Positions 1 to 15,125 are shown, counted from the stretch's first letter. The stretch: 64,000 bases of DNA from Paraspadella gotoi (GCA_051294375.1 CM119269.1:7607446-7671445), one strand, 5' to 3'. A program made the numbers and translations. Notes: generated by a model from the letters alone, not told the origin.

Positions 1-1857
1 TTTAGCCAGGTAAACGAATCTAATGCAGCATCGTATTTCCTACCATTTTTTTCCCCCGCAATTTCGTTTTATGGAAAAAAGCGAACCGGCTGGAGAAAAA
101 AGCGCTGGAAACTGGTTCGTGGTAAAAGACGGAGAAAGAGGCGGCGGCGTTTGCTTCCTGTTGGGAAGGTGACGGGATTGATTATCTGTTTAACCGGTGG
201 AATATTATTATAGGGGCACAGTAAGTCCTAAGTAAGGTAGACAGGATAAAATTTCATACAGCCTCGCTACTCAGATTTAAAGACCACACACTGAATCCAA
301 AGTTACGTGGACAGCATAAAATTTCATACAGCCTCCCTCCCCAGCTTTTTTTTATCGATGTTTTACAGTTATATGTTACAGTATTATTAAAATGTCGAAA
401 AGTGAGTAGATTTCATACTTTACAACTTAAAAAATGTTTTAACATACACTTTAAAATTACATTCGAAATATAAAGGTGCCCCTATAAAACTTTTCCCAGT
501 ATGTATCCCTATCAGAACATACAGTTCTAAAAGGTAGTCTTATCCTTATGATAAAAATAATCATACAATATAACCTTAATCTCCCCCCCAAAAAATTATC
601 CATTCCCCTTTTTGTTCGGCCTTGTAGATATTATGAGTTTCTCATTAATGATTTTCCAACAGGAATGATGTACGATATCTATTAGAAAACTGGAACAGAA
701 AGTAATCTAATCTTGTGTTGTGAAGATTGATGGTGAAACAAATAATTTTGAAACTTTCATAGATTTGTTGGCGGAAGCCATTCCTTTCCCTTTTTTAACA
801 AGTATATAGAGAATTTTGCCGTAACGCCATGAGCTATTAATTTATATAAATGCGTGATAGGTAGAGCAAGCAGAAGGGGGACTATTTCTAAAACATACCA
901 ATAAAATAGAAAACTTATTAAAAATAGTCAACTTAAGTTTAACCATAAACTACAATTTTTTTTTATGCTTATTACTTACCCACTGTTACGAATCATTGGT
1001 AACTTATCACATATCACATCTGATAATATTACAGGAGGATTTAGCTTTTCGTCCCATTCTCCTCTTCCTCTTCCTTTCTCCTCCTACCCCTCGGTATATT
1101 TTGTCTAGCGATACATTCTCTAGTTTCTACTCTTCTCTACTCTACTCTTCCCTCTATTTCCTTACACCTTCAATACCCCTCAAGCTTATCCTCAGTTTTA
1201 GTTAAGCACCCCTCTTTTATAGTTATGCCTTTAGGTTATGACATGCGACTGACCAATCTTAACGGCAAAAAATACGAATTAAATAATAAAAGAGCATCGG
1301 ATAATAGAGACGCTATAACCAAATAAAAATTTTAAAAAGTACGTCTAAAATTGCTAAAAAAAATTATACTATCCCTCAGCCTGATGAATAATGACAGATG
1401 GACTGAAGCTGTGTCTTATGGATGTGGTATGGTAATGGTGAGAAAAGCAGGTATGCAAGCGACAATTATTACGTCATGATTCCGATTTTGCAAAAAAAAA
1501 TTATTTGAAATGGTGTTCAGCGAATAGTACTAATTCGAGTAAAAGCTCAGATAATGAGTTAGTTTCTTTGTGGGCAGTGTAAAATTAATAGATCAAATCC
1601 ATCCTGAAAGTTGTATGTCCCACAAAGAGTCTCACTCTAAATACTAACAAACTTCTTGAGATTTTAAATTTTGGTGACCGGGAGTATTACTTACTTACCT
1701 ACGTGGAAGAATTGAAAATGATAATGAATGTCCGAAGGATTGCGGAGAATATGGAGACGAACAGAGAAAGTGGTGTAAAAGAATGTAAAGAAATGTAAGA
1801 ATGTACTTGTGGAATAAATAACTCGCTCAATGCGAGAGTCTTTGGAGAATCGAGTGT

Positions 1858-2158
1858 TGTGGCGAATCCTAAATTCGCCTCCATATAGCTTGGTGAAACT
1901 CAGCTGGTCCTATTGGCTTTGACAGCTAAGTGCTCATTCACCAACCGTGAGTTCCGGGTTCAATCCCCTCACGGTCACGCTGATGATGTCGATGTGATGG
2001 TGTCGAAATAATCACGCCAGTATGGTGACAACAGTGACATGGGGTGGTCACTGCAGAACCAAAACCTTGAGTCTCACACCCCGGGCATCACACATCTCCC
2101 CCTTGCCATGGTGTAATGTTTTTCCTGTTGGACGCAGATGGCGTTTGGTAAGTCGCCT
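1858..2158 (+). mobile_element. tRNA-derived SINE-like interspersed repeat
   Basis: Shares GTGGCGAATCCTAAATTCGCCTCC...CTTGGTGAAACTCAGCT...ATTGGCTT.GACAGCTAA and ACAGTG.CATGGGGTGGTCACTG with 17843-17950. B-box-like GGTTCAATCCC at ~1957. Boundaries approximate. Confidence 0.55.
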
Positions 2159-2204
2159 AATGATTTAATCTTTTTTTTTTTTTTAATTTTCCCTTCTGGA
2201 GCAG

Positions 2205-2528
2205 GCGCCACTCTTGCGTTCCCTCAATCCCGCGTCGTCCACCGTCGCTTCCGCCTCCAACACCAGCAGCCATAAAACAGACCAAAACAAAAACAATGTC
2301 TCGCTCGGCGAGAAAAAGGACTCGCCCGCTTCCCCCGCTTCCCCCGCTTCCCCCGCTTTTAAACTCCCCCTCACGTCATCTCAACCCCCTTCATCGTCCT
2401 CCTCCTCTTCCTCCTCCCCGCGAAAAACGGGGCAAGGCCCCGTCGCTCAACCGGATGCCGCCGCCGACGCGAAGCTCCCCCCCGCCCCAGCCGTCGACGC
2501 CGCGGCCCCCTCCGACGTTAGAACTTAA
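2205..2528 (+). CDS. Probable terminal coding exon of an upstream unidentified gene (Ser/Pro/Ala-rich)
   Basis: Polypyrimidine tract + GAGCAG acceptor at ~2204, GC-rich open frame (SPASPASPA, poly-S) ending TAA 2526-2528. No recognisable domain. Confidence 0.5.
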   Translation, partial: APLLRSLNPASSTVASASNTSSHKTDQNKNNVSLGEKKDSPASPASPASPAFKLPLTSSQPPSSSSSSSSSPRKTGQGPVAQPDAAADAKLPPAPAVDAAAPSDVRT

Positions 2529-3350
2529 TACAATCTCCCACAGTGAACTAGTTTTCCTTTGTTGGTGCGGATGGGAAGGGGGAGGTGGGAGGTCGAGTGA
2601 CAGGAACCGGACGGAAAAGAGACCATTGTGTGTTCCAGTCGTTCAACTTGATTCTCCCTGCAGGTAGTTTTCGATACTTTTTTCACGATTTACGCCATGT
2701 TCCAAGAGTCATTAATGCGATGATCTCACTTTATCGTATTCTTAAACTAGAATAATTTTGTTAATCCGAAATAAAAATTTGATTTTGGGTTATTTTAACT
2801 TAATTTGCCCAATAAGTCTTTTCGTCAATTCTAAGGTAATATATCTAGTAAAACATATAACTAAAAAGTACATTTCACGTGTCATTGATGAATGGGGAAG
2901 TTAAAAAGTATTATGCCCAGATATTAATTTAGTTCATGAGGAATTCTGAGAATGTGAAGTTGAATTTTGAAGTGAAATTATTTTGCGTTCTGTTTCACAG
3001 TAATCAAAAATACAAAAATGCTTTAATTTATAACTTTAAATATTTCAGATATATGTAGTTTACGTATTAATTTAAATTCAAAATTGATATTATTCATTTA
3101 TGTTTCCAATATTATATATACCTGTCGCTCTAGGAACAAAATTATTTTAAGTTATTTGGTCTGGAAGTGATCGATCAGGGTGTATATCTGTGGTTGCATT
3201 TTTGAAATATATGCTATCTTGAGTTAAATCTTAATGACCCGGTCCTTGATAATTTTTTTAAAAATAAAATAAAATTAACAACTCTGTAGTAGCATTAATT
3301 GTTTTCCGAACCCTTCCTTTCAATGGCTATAATTCAAATGATTTAACATA

Positions 3351-3967
3351 CAGAAGGCTTCATATTATAAAATGATATCATGTTTTTGTCTGACCAAACT
3401 CGGTTCCCACCTAACTACCTGATGGAATGAATGAAATTTTACATATAAAGTTCTAATGACTAAATAAATAAAACTATCGAGGCGAATTTTTATATTCAAC
3501 ACTTGAGAGGAGATACAGGGCCCTGGGGCGGAACCCCCGGGGGTTAAAAAAGGCTAAAAATTTATTTTTTCATCATGTGCTGATTGATGAATTAAATAAT
3601 GAAGATGCATAGTTAATCGTTTTTTCCCAATCTGACATGAACGGATGATAATGAACATAAAAATTCGGGTAACTATTTTTGGTGGTAATGAATGTGATTT
3701 CGTAGAAGAGTGTGAACGTCTATGCAACAGTTCAAAATTAAAAAAATTCTAAAAAAAATTGTTCATTTTTTCCCCCTATGGGTGGATCCCCCGGGGGGCT
3801 TATATCTCAGCTCAGGGGTCAAACATTAAAATTCGCCTCGATAGTTCTCTTTGTATTCCCATAGGGATCGTGCATGCCAAATTTAAACAAATTTGGTCGA
3901 GCATTGTGGTCGGAACCTTGTCTTGTTAGAAAAAACCCGATATCATTTTATAATAAGAAGCCTTCTG
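3351..3967. mobile_element. MITE family 1 (Tc1/mariner-type non-autonomous), diverged copy
   Basis: TIR CAGAAGGCTTCATATTATAAAATG ... CATTTTATAATAAGAAGCCTTCTG flanked by TA on both sides. Internal AACTATCGAGGCGAATTT shared with other copies. Confidence 0.85.
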
Positions 3968-6900
3968 TAGTTTTTGATACATACAGTCATACTATTGGGC
4001 CGAATACAACCCAGGTTTACTTTTTATTTTTCTCATTTTTAAAAACATATCAGGTTTGAAAATTATTTTTTATTAATAAAGCTTTACTCCTAAGAAGAGT
4101 AATTTTCTTTACCTAGTGCGGTTAGTATATATGCAGTTGTAGCAATTATTTACATACCATTCCAGCATTAATGTGCTCTGAAAGGTCATTATTTTTATCA
4201 TCAAAGAAGAAATAAAAACGACGAGTATCTTCAGAGAAATGTAATCTTGGTTTTCAAAGATTGATTCTTTATTTCCGGGAACTAGTATTCCTGATTTAGT
4301 CGCTGTCTGTCATTCAAGTAACATTTCCCTTCTGTCTGATAAACCTTTTGTAATTGTTGAACATATTTAACTTATCATTTGGGTGTTTTAATGACGTCAA
4401 TTCTAACGTTTTAATTTCATACTAAAGCTAGGTACTTGTTAGATAAACTCTAATAATACTTAAGTAACAAAAAAGATAGCTATTTCGATAGTAGAAAACG
4501 GTTAGCCGTCAGTAATTATGTTACGATTTTTTACGAGTCTTTGCTGTTTCTGTTTATCCAATTTCTTCAGAATTAAATCCCAAAGATTGATTTTCAATAA
4601 AAAAAAAAATTCGAAGTGAAATAAATGAGTAGAAGTGAACGCCCAGAATGACGCGCTGTACACTCATTGTACACTGTACAATGAGTGTACAATGTACAGC
4701 CTCATTGGTTGGTGTAATCAACTAATATAATGAAATCAACTAAAATTTGTCAAAATTGGTCAATTATTTTTTTTAAATCCTACTTAATCCTAAACATTTT
4801 CAAACTAATTTAAATTTTTTAAAAAAATTTGCAGACTGTCATTTTTTGGGGATGGTATTTTCTAATTTGGATTTCAATAGAATAAAAAAAAATTATTTAA
4901 CGTTACATTTGAAAATAATTAAGAAGGCAACTAAGAAAGATTGAATTTTTACTATTTTACTAGTATTTTATCTTAATTGTACAATGTATATTCAAAACTT
5001 TTTTCTAGGCAAGTTGCGGTTTTTTTGCCTTTTTTTTTAGGAATGATAGTTTACTCTATTTTTATCTATTGTCGATAAAAATGTCGTATTAGATTTAATA
5101 TTTCCTTATTCTATAGTTTCTATGTTCGCTCGGTGCGAAGGAAGATTTCCCTTTCGTTGAAAAAAAATGGGAAAAGGCTGAGCGACTCCTTTCAACTCCT
5201 CCGAGCCAAGAATGTAGGGTTGGTTCTCTTTTTCTCTCTATCTCTGCTCTCGCTCGCTCTTTCTCTTCCGCATGCGGGGGCGCCAAATTGCCTCCTTCCT
5301 CCGTGCTGCCATCTTGGTTGTGCTACCCATGCTTTATTCACGTGGAGTTTGTTTGTGCTGTCTGGGTCTGAAGAAACTAGGTCAACTTAAAGAATTCCTT
5401 CGGCAAACCTCGGCGTGCTTCTCCCTCGCAATGCAACACTGTGTAACGGGTCTCTGACTTGGATATGCTGTCCAATCACGAAATAGCTTTAACGTAAGCG
5501 ACTAATGAGGCCCTCTGAAATTCCCACGTCGTCAAGCGGCGTAAAGATGATATTTTTTTCTCCAACGATGTGGCATCGTATTCTCTGGCCACGCTAGAGG
5601 TCAACGGCTTCTGTCAATAGCCCCTTATGTATATGCTTATAAACGGCGCCAATGTTCCCTTTTTTTGATGTATTTGAAGGAATTGTATCTTTGGTTATGT
5701 GTAATACTAGAGACAAATAGTAAGTGATTTTTGAGGCCCAAAAATTATTTTTAGGCCGTTCGCACAAATAAACAGCAAACAAACTTCGTCTTGGCTTTTT
5801 TAAATGTTCGTGTATATACCTTGCTTCTTATTTTCTATGCACCAATCATCATTTAACAATTGAGAATTATAGTCGGAAGTAATTCTCAGTAAAGAAATCG
5901 CGAGCACCGAATCGCGTGAAATTTCGCAATAAAATCAACCAATGGGAGCACATCTATTCCATTTCGTGGGCCAAGAATTTGTGCCGAGGTTTGCCGATAG
6001 AAATTCGATTCACCACGTGACAAGTCGAGAAAAGATGGAGGAATATCGAATGTGAAAAGACATGCTTTTTGCTACGGAATTAACAACGTGGTTTTACACT
6101 TAACAAGTATTACTATTTCGTACGTTCATTTGTTTGTTTTTCGTTAGACTCGAAACGAACAAGCCTTTTTACCACAGTTTAATCGACGAAAAATCATAGA
6201 ATCCTTTCGTTAGTCTCGACATGCAGTTTTATTGCGTCTTAAATGTCATTTCTAAATATTCCATCATCGAGTGTCCGATAAGTTTGGGTAACTGTTGCAA
6301 TCTTACTTCATTTAATTTTTTTAAAAAATGCTTTTTACAAACAGTAAACAAAAAGGAGTTTATCTGTCAGACCAGAAATGATAAATTGTTAGGGGTGCCG
6401 TTATTTATCTTCATTCGACTTGCCATTTCTTTTCAAAATCATAAAAAAAAATAGCTATTACTTCTTTATAAAGTTAAAAATACATTTTTTATATTTTCAT
6501 TTGGATGTTAAAAGCTTTTTCGAATATATGTCTTTATAATTTAATATGTATAATTAATATGATTGATGATAGATAAATAATCAGCCTCTAAAATGCATTT
6601 GTTTCCAAAGGGTGTTCGAAAGTTGTTTTTTTTTTTGAATATATGAAATTTGTACAACCAATATAAAATTATTCATTAATTTAATAACTGACTTTGGACA
6701 GGCTATGTCAAGATAATGACATAGCAGGTCTCTGTTCTTTTTGGTTAATAGGTTATACATTGAACGTATTAGGTAAAATCTTTTCTGATTACTCGATATT
6801 TTTTTAAAAAAGATAGGTGCTGATAAAGAGCTGCGTTGGGTGAAGAGGAAAGAAAAATGATTTAGCATCAAACCTAAAACCCTGTGGCCATGAGCTGATT

Positions 6901-8431
6901 AAGTCAATGAGTCACCTAATTTGGGCTAGTGGAGAATTGTGGAAAATGTTCGTGTGACAGCAAATATTTTTTTAAAAAAATCAGTAGTGCTTTTATTTTA
7001 TTCTTTGCTGTTCGGGCACAAAAACAATCTAAACCCTCGAGTCCTCTGGCATTGGCGCCAAATGTTCATTCAGTAGTAGATCGCCAATCTTATTGCGGAA
7101 TATCGTGGTTTTTTTTTTCTTTCGCAAAAAATCGACATCAACCTTTTTAAATGTAGTTTTTCCTCTTTCATCCGTTTTCTGTTTTTCGCGATTTCGAAAA
7201 ACTTTTGTTTCTCAAGTAATCAAACGGGGAAAACTTTTTACCCTCCCTCTCGGTACTGCTGATGATTTTGTAAATAAAATCTCGGTTTCCAATCGTCCCG
7301 TCTCGTATATTCGGGTCAAGATTCTATATTTTTATTTGCCATTCGTCACAACTGATTTGTCAAACGTACCTACCGTTGATTCGCCGAGTTTTTAACTTCG
7401 ATCGAATCCTTGTTTAAATACTTTCTTTTTTTTTTCTTTTAAGAGTGATTGATAGCATAACCTTTCGCACAGTTAAATCGGACGACCTCTCTCTCTCACT
7501 CTCTCTCTTCCTGTTTCCCTCAAACGTAAACAAGATCGCGATTAATATCCGCTTTATCCGACATTCTTCGCTTCGCCGCCGCCGACAACGACGACGACCG
7601 CCACTGAAAAACCACCACCTCCTCCTCCGACATGCTTAGCATTCTTTCGCCATGCGTATCAATAGACGAAATTCTCGATAGCCTCTCCGCGCTATGCAAG
7701 AGACGAAAAGATTTCTTTCTAGAGCGACACCCCTCCCCGCCACGCCCCTTTCTTCCTTACCGACCGGATTAGCGCCAACGGGGTAAACAAAAACAACAAC
7801 AAAAAACTTTCCCGCGAGGCCATTACTACCAAAAAAAAAAAAACTGGGGGAGGGGACCTGACTTCTCTCCCTTTCTCCCACACCTCTTTTAAAACTCTGA
7901 ATCTTGTCCGACTACCTCTCCGTCGGTTATCAGGGCCGAATTCCTTTCTCTCTCTCTCTCTCCCCCCTTATCTCCCTCCCTACTCCCCTCTCCCGTTCCT
8001 CTTGCTTCGTCTCTCTCACTTTTCCCGGGCCGTGTACGAAGGAGCAAAACGTTTTCACCTAAAAACACGATGTGAATCCCTAGCACCCTGTTCCCCCCCT
8101 ACACTCTATCTATCCGCCCCCAATCCTCGTTCCTCTCGAGCTCCGAAGATCCGTCACGGCGGCGCTCGCCCGCGCGCTCGCCCCGCCCTCTCCCTTGTGA
8201 AAAAAAAATAAGGGGAGTATAATGGATGAGAGGAGAAATTCTCGACGCACTCGTCGCGAATCATCGGCCCAGTGTCATCGTTTGGCGAGGGTATCGTCAC
8301 GATTCGACTGAATGGGAGACGAGGAGAGACAACGCGACTCGCGTCTTTTTCAATCTTGGAGAAATACCCAGATTCGGCCTAGGGTCCGACTCTAAGAAAA
8401 AAAGAGAAAAAAAAAAGAACTGCTGAACAAA

Positions 8432-11400
8432 ATGGCAACGAGCGGGTCGACCGGAGGAGGCGCCACGCATTCCTACGACGTCATCAAGTGCGGGTTCTTG
8501 AAAAAACAAAAGGTAATCTCTAAATGGAACTTTTGGTAAATTTTTATTCTTATTACCTCGTCTCTCTCTTTTTTTTTAGACTAACAAAAGTAGGTTCTTC
8601 GTGCTCCGCGGACCGACTCGGCCTTCGACGGCGGAAGGCGCAGCCGTCTTCCAGCAGCAGCGATCGCGTCTCGAGTACTACGAATCGGAACAACAGTATC
8701 GCAAAGGGAAACAGCCGAGAAAGACTTTCGTCCTCTCGTGAGTAATTAAAAAATAAGAATAATAATAATGATTAGTTTATTTCCGTTAGATTCCTCGCGT
8801 TTTTTTTGTTTTTGTTTTTGTTTTGTTTTTGTTTTGATGCCCTTCAGAGATGTAACTTTGGTAGCATAAGATTGTCATCTGACGACGTCATTGATGACGT
8901 CCTTATTTCTCCCTTTTTTTCTTCTGGAATTTTAACTTCTTTTCAACCTTTTCTTATTTATTTCCTCTTTTTCACCCGCTATTCCATTTCTCTCCCCTCT
9001 GCCCTCCCCCCTCCCCGAACAGTCCCTCGCTTCTCATCCAACGATGCGAGGACACTTCCGCCCGCGCGACGACTTCCTTCGGCATCTCTCTGATCATCCC
9101 GCCATCGAACAGCGCCTTCGTGATGCTGGCGGAGACGGAGCAGGAGCAGTCGGACTGGATTGCCGCCCTCAACGACGTCCAGGGCCTAAGCGTCAGCTCC
9201 ACGGAAAGATTCAGTGAGTCGCTTGGGTTTCGACTTATTTCGTTCCATTGTGTCCCGAGTTAACTCATTCGTGGGGCTGCTATTTTACCAAGATTGAAAA
9301 AAGCCTACGTTATCCAGCCGGCTGGATTAACTATACTTGCAGCATTAATTCTCATTATAATATTATTTGGTAAACAAAACCGACTAAAAAGAGCTGACTA
9401 AATCCTGCTGCTCCTTAGTTTTTCTGTATCCTCTCGCTCTTTCAATCTTCACCATTAACCCTAATTAATTAATTAATTAATTAATTAATTAATTAATTAA
9501 TCTTCACCATTCACCAAGCCTTCCCTATCCCCCGTCGCCTTTTCTTTTGCTAATCCAGAGCACGTTTGGGAAGTCAACGTGGTGGAGCGCCACGGTCTCG
9601 GAAGGTTGAATCTCAAAGGTCAATCTATACTCACGCTGACATCAACCCACATTCATCTGCGTCGCGGTAGGAATTCCAAATATTTATTACATTTTTTGGG
9701 CTTGCGAGATTTTTAAGATTTGCCCAAATAGTTGATTTACTTTTAATAATCTCAGTGAATTCTACGGTGGAGGTTTCATTTCCTCTTCGACATATTCGGC
9801 AGTGCGGAAGTCGTTCCGAGTTTTTCGTGGTGAGTAGATTTTTACCATGTCCCTCGCCTTTTTCCTTTGTGCCATTTCCTTACTTTTCCTTCTCTTTTCC
9901 ACTTTATTTTTTCAGTTCGAGTGTGGTCGCTTCTGCGATCACGGCGAGGGAGAGGTTTGGGTGACGGCGGAGGACGCCACCATCGCGCACAGCATCCACG
10001 AGACGACCAGCAGGTGTTGATAACGGGATGACGATTTTATTTATTTCCAAGTCTTTTGTTTTTTGTTCTTTAGCTCTTCCCTTCTTTTTCATCCACAGCG
10101 CCATGCGGTTGGAAAGGTCTCGTCAGGGCGTCGAGGAGCCGACGCAGCCTCGCTCGAGAAGCTCCTCGCAAAACGAACCCGCCTCCACATCCCTGTCCTC
10201 GCTGCTCATGTCTTCCTGGGGTCCCGACGCAGGTTTGACGTGGCGTCGTTGTGGGAATAATTTATTACGGATTAAATGTGTAATTTTTTATAAAACATTC
10301 ACGTATTTCAATCGCTGTTTTTGTTTCCGAAGGTCAACGGTCCGGGACGCTGCCACCGTCGCTGCGTCGTTCGGCTGCGTCGTCGTCAATGACGTCGTCG
10401 TCCTCTTCGTCTCAGGCGAGCCTCGTCGCGCCCAGATCGAGGACAATCTCCGACGGCGTCATCACCAGGTGGGTTTTTTCTTGGGGAAAAGAGGATCGCA
10501 GAAGGAAGGTTTGTAAAATCTATACAGAAAGCTTCATATTATAAAATGTGGTACCCCTTTTTTGTGACCAGAACACGTTCCGAGAAAACTATTGAATAGA
10601 TTTTAATGAAATTTGGTATGAACGATCCCTATGTGAATACAAATAGAAATATCGAGGCGAATTTCAATATTTGACCCCTGAGCCGAGATATGGGGCCCGG
10701 TAGGGGTCACTCATGGGGGCAAAAAATGGTCAAAATTTGTTTTTAATTTTTTTTTGGTTTGTTTTGAACAGTTGCCCAGACGTTTACTCTTCCACAAAAA
10801 TGTATTTATTTCTACAAAAATATTAGTTTACCATAAGTTTCAGGTTCATGAACATCAGCTGTTCAAGTCAGATTTGGAATAATTCTGAATAATTTGGAGA
10901 AAAACGATGAACCATGCATCTTCAAACACCGATTAATTAGCAAAAAATTTATTAATTTTAGTTTTAAAAAATATTTTTATATGTTTAAAACATCGATGAA
11001 CCTGATCCTACTAAAAAATTATAAAAAATGAAAAAAAAAATTTTAGTCCCAGGGTCCTGTATATTAAAATTCGCCTCGATAGTTCCATTTATATTGTCAT
11101 TAGAACTCTAAATGTAAAATGTTATGAAATTCGATCCGGTAGTTTGGTGGGAACAGATTCTGGTCACAAAAAAGGGGTACCACATTTTATAATATGAAGC
11201 CTTCTGTAATTGTTGTTTGTATAGATTTTTTATACTTTTTAAATGAACTTATTTTTATTATTATTTTCTCCAGTCCCTCGTCGCGTCATGAAAATTCTAG
11301 TCCCGGTCGCAGCGCTACCTCCACCGCTCTCTCCAACATTTCCGGTCATTCGGCGCCGCACGGAGTCGGCGTCGTCCCCGGGACCGCCGTCCCCACCGCC

Positions 11401-14400
11401 ACTACCACCGCCGCCTCTTATTCGAGATCAATTTCGGTTCCGGTTCAACAAGGAAACCCCACTGGTTAGATATTATCTCTTTTAATTTGATATAACCAGA
11501 GAGAGTAGTTTGCGTTTTACATAAAGTTTGGCCAAATGTCGGCATAGAAACATAGATTTGATTTCTCTTCCCGATTCACATCTTCCTCATTTCCACCTCT
11601 TTTTCATCCCATTTCCCCTCTTTTTCGAGCGAGGGAGTCATGAAGCAGAGAGAGAGAGAGAATTTGAATTTATTCAATGGGGCTTTAGGCACAAAATAAA
11701 ACAATAGGCCATAAAAAGCTACTTCATTACATTTAAGTCTACGAATTTAGACATTCATCATGAAATCTTTCCAATTTACAATTTATGCATATAGTTTCCC
11801 TTTGTAAGTAATCCCAACCCAACAGAGAGAGAGAGAGACTCGAACTCGACTCATGTCGTTTGGCGATCAGTAGGCCCTTTTTGGCTGAAAATGTACATTT
11901 ATTACATTACTCCCGTTGGATTTTTTCCTAGACTCCGAGAGATCTCATCAAGAGACATATGTTTTAACCATATCTTTAATATTTTTCTCTTCCTTTCACC
12001 TCCAGTTTCAACGAGCATGTCTCTTTCCCCTCCCTACGTTCTCGTGTCTCCGACGAGTGACTTCATCGACGAGAGAATGTCAACTTCAGTGTCCAGCAAT
12101 TTCTCCGCCGATAGCGCCACCACCGGTAAAGCGGCCTTTAAATTTTTTGAAATAGTAGTTAAAAAAATAACTAATTACCAAGTTTTTCACCCCCTCCCCT
12201 TTTAATCTTAGGTTCTTCAGTCGACGACTACGAAACATCCCCTCGCGATCGGCGCTTTCCTTTGGAAGGGGAAGGTGGCGCTGGAGTCGGTTTCCGCTCG
12301 GCGCCGGGGTTTCATCCGGCTTCCGGCGACCTTCGATTTCCGACCGGGGTCGATCCTCGTTCGATGACGCCAGAGTCTCCGCGCGGCCCCGTCGGCGTTG
12401 TTGGCGCCCTCGGACCGCGAGTCGCTCCTCATCCGGGTATCGCCGAGGAGTCTGACAACTACATCGACATGCACTCTTGTGAGTATGAGTTTGACATCTG
12501 AATCGACGATTCGAGATGCACTCTTATTAAGAGTACTTTTTACATTTCTGAGTAACATAGGATTTACCTTTTCAAAATAATTTAGCTTTAAAATATATAC
12601 AGTCCTGTGCAACACTCTTAAATTTACGCGCGTTTTATAAATATATTTGAATAAATTTTAAATAGTAAATATAGATTTCTAAAAGGAGAATCCAGCATTA
12701 AATTTATACATCGTAAAAAAATAGAAATAGAATAGAAATAATAGAATAAGAATAGGAAAAAGGAATCGATGTAAGTTTTAAAAAAAAATTTTTGTCATTC
12801 AAGAGTTATAACACACTAAACACAAAAGGTTAAAAATGCGTCAATTTTCTTCTGTTTTAACGCTGTGTTTAAAAATCATTGTTTACAAACGGATGGTTAG
12901 ATTTTAACCAAATTTATACCAATTTTTTTTCCTCCAATATCTTTCATAATAAAAGAATCCAACAAGACTTATTTGTACAATGTTTTAGGGTTTTTTTTTG
13001 TTTTTTTTTGTTTTTTTTAAAGACTAAAGAAAATATGATATAATGGATGTACGTATTCAGGTCGAGATGACGGCGACTACATACCAATGACGGGTCAAAG
13101 CTCATCCACCTCCACGCCGCTTCTTATCACTGGTGAGATTTCGCTTTTCCATTCCACCATAAAGTTAAAAGCCTGTTATATTTAATAAATTGTTCTCTCT
13201 CTCGATTTTAGGCAAGCCGCCCATCGGCCCCGGATCAGTGGCCTCTCTGGCCGGCGCCGGCCTCCAACCCTCCACCGTTGCCAACCCTCAGCATCCCGGT
13301 CGTCAAGCAAACCCATCCACCACCTCCTCTGCCAACGCCTCCAACGCGGGTCCAATACTCCTACCTCCCAGCAACGCCTCACCCTCGGACAATATCCTCA
13401 TTCCCACTCAAACGGGTCAGAAATACTTGTCTTTAAATTTCTTATCTATTCTTTGACTTGAAAATAAGTTGTTATCGTCGCAATCGCTTTGCGTTTGCGA
13501 CGATTTTGCTGTGGTTTTGTACATAAGTGGTGGCGCCGTCGTTGTCGGCGTTCCAAATTATAGATTGCCTTTTTTATGATTAAATTTGGGTGAATGAAGC
13601 TGAAAATTTATATACAGCTTCTCATCATCGATGTGCTTAAAATTGAGTCTGGACAGTTATTAAATGTTTTGTTTACGTTTTATCAAAACAAACAAATTTT
13701 CTCTCTTTTATTTTAATATTTCTTTCTCTCTCTTTTTTCTTTTTTAATTATATGTCTCTCTCCCTCTCTCTTTTTCCTAGTCACTGATTCATAGGGAAAA
13801 AAACGAGTCTGCAGCTAGCTCTGCAGGGGCTTATTCTTTTTTTCTCTTTTCTCCTGCTGCTTCTGCTGCTTCCTTTTAATTTCTTTTTTTTCTCTTTTTT
13901 TTCTCTTTTTCTCATTTTCTCTCTCTCTCTCTGTGTTTTTATTTTTAAAAAATTGCATTAGGATTGAACTCGTAAAATTAGGCATCGCATTCCTGCATGT
14001 TATCATTTTGTATCGTAACATCGGGTTTTTTTTCTTTTTTTTTTCAGAAACTGTAACTTCCTCGGTACTTTATTATTTTTTTTAATTGACAATCGCAAAA
14101 TATAATTTTTCTTTCTGTTTATAAATTAATTTTCTTTTCTCAAATTTTTTTTTTTTTAGTATCAAAATTTGTCGTCAATCCAGATTTTTCTTATGCGATT
14201 GCGATGATCCTTATGCTTTTAAGATTTTTTTTTTATATTTTCATTTTCTTTTATCACTCATGTAGACTCTACATTGTAGAGTCACATTTATTATAGACTT
14301 GAGATTTATTGATATTTGTTTTAATAGGTTTTTGCCACCGTAACACCTCATACAACAGAAGGCATCTGACTTCTACCTCTTCTAATGAAGACAACGGTAA

Positions 14401-15125
14401 AATATTACAATTAATACCTGCGCAAAGTAAATTAACTAATCTAGTGATGTCACCATTGTCACCTCACTACCAGGCGGATACGTTGAAATGTTTCCACCGT
14501 CTCGTCCAACTAACAATCCCAGTACCAAGCAAGATTACGAAAACGTCGATTCTTCCAAGGGTTGGTATTTTTTTTTCAACCCTTATGTTATTTATAGTGA
14601 GGATAAGGCGCTAAGTGGGCTGAAGACTACTATCCGTAACTTCTATGCCCCCTTCAGCAGCCATGGAACTGGTCTTGGTTTGGAACCAGGCTTGAGGGTT
14701 TTCCACGCCCCCAAGGCGGTTTACTGCCGTCCCCACGCTTCCCGTAGGGTAGGTATCGGGTTGAGACTGAACCCGGTACCGACTACAATAGTTCTGTATT
14801 TTTCGTAATTGATGGGCCAAGTACCAAAAATCTTAATTGTAGTACCGACTCGTCAAGGCGTTTCCTCATCGCCTTTGGCATCGCAACTTGAACACAGTGG
14901 ATATGTACCTATGCATCCTCCGGCCAAACTCAGAGGTTTGTGTCGTTTACAATTTTATTAATTAGCAAGTATAATAATAATATTAGGTATAATAATAATA
15001 TTAGGTATAATAATATTATTAGGTATAATAATAATATTAGGTATAATAATAATATTAGGTATAATAATAATATTAGGTATAATAATAATAGGTATAATAA
15101 TAATAGGTATAATAATAATAATAGG

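Noticed and set aside
60-170. Purine-rich exon-like segment at the window start
   Set aside because: No clear acceptor or recognisable product, so it cannot be supported.
1375-1420. CTGATGA as possible hammerhead core
   Set aside because: No stem II/GAAA arrangement.
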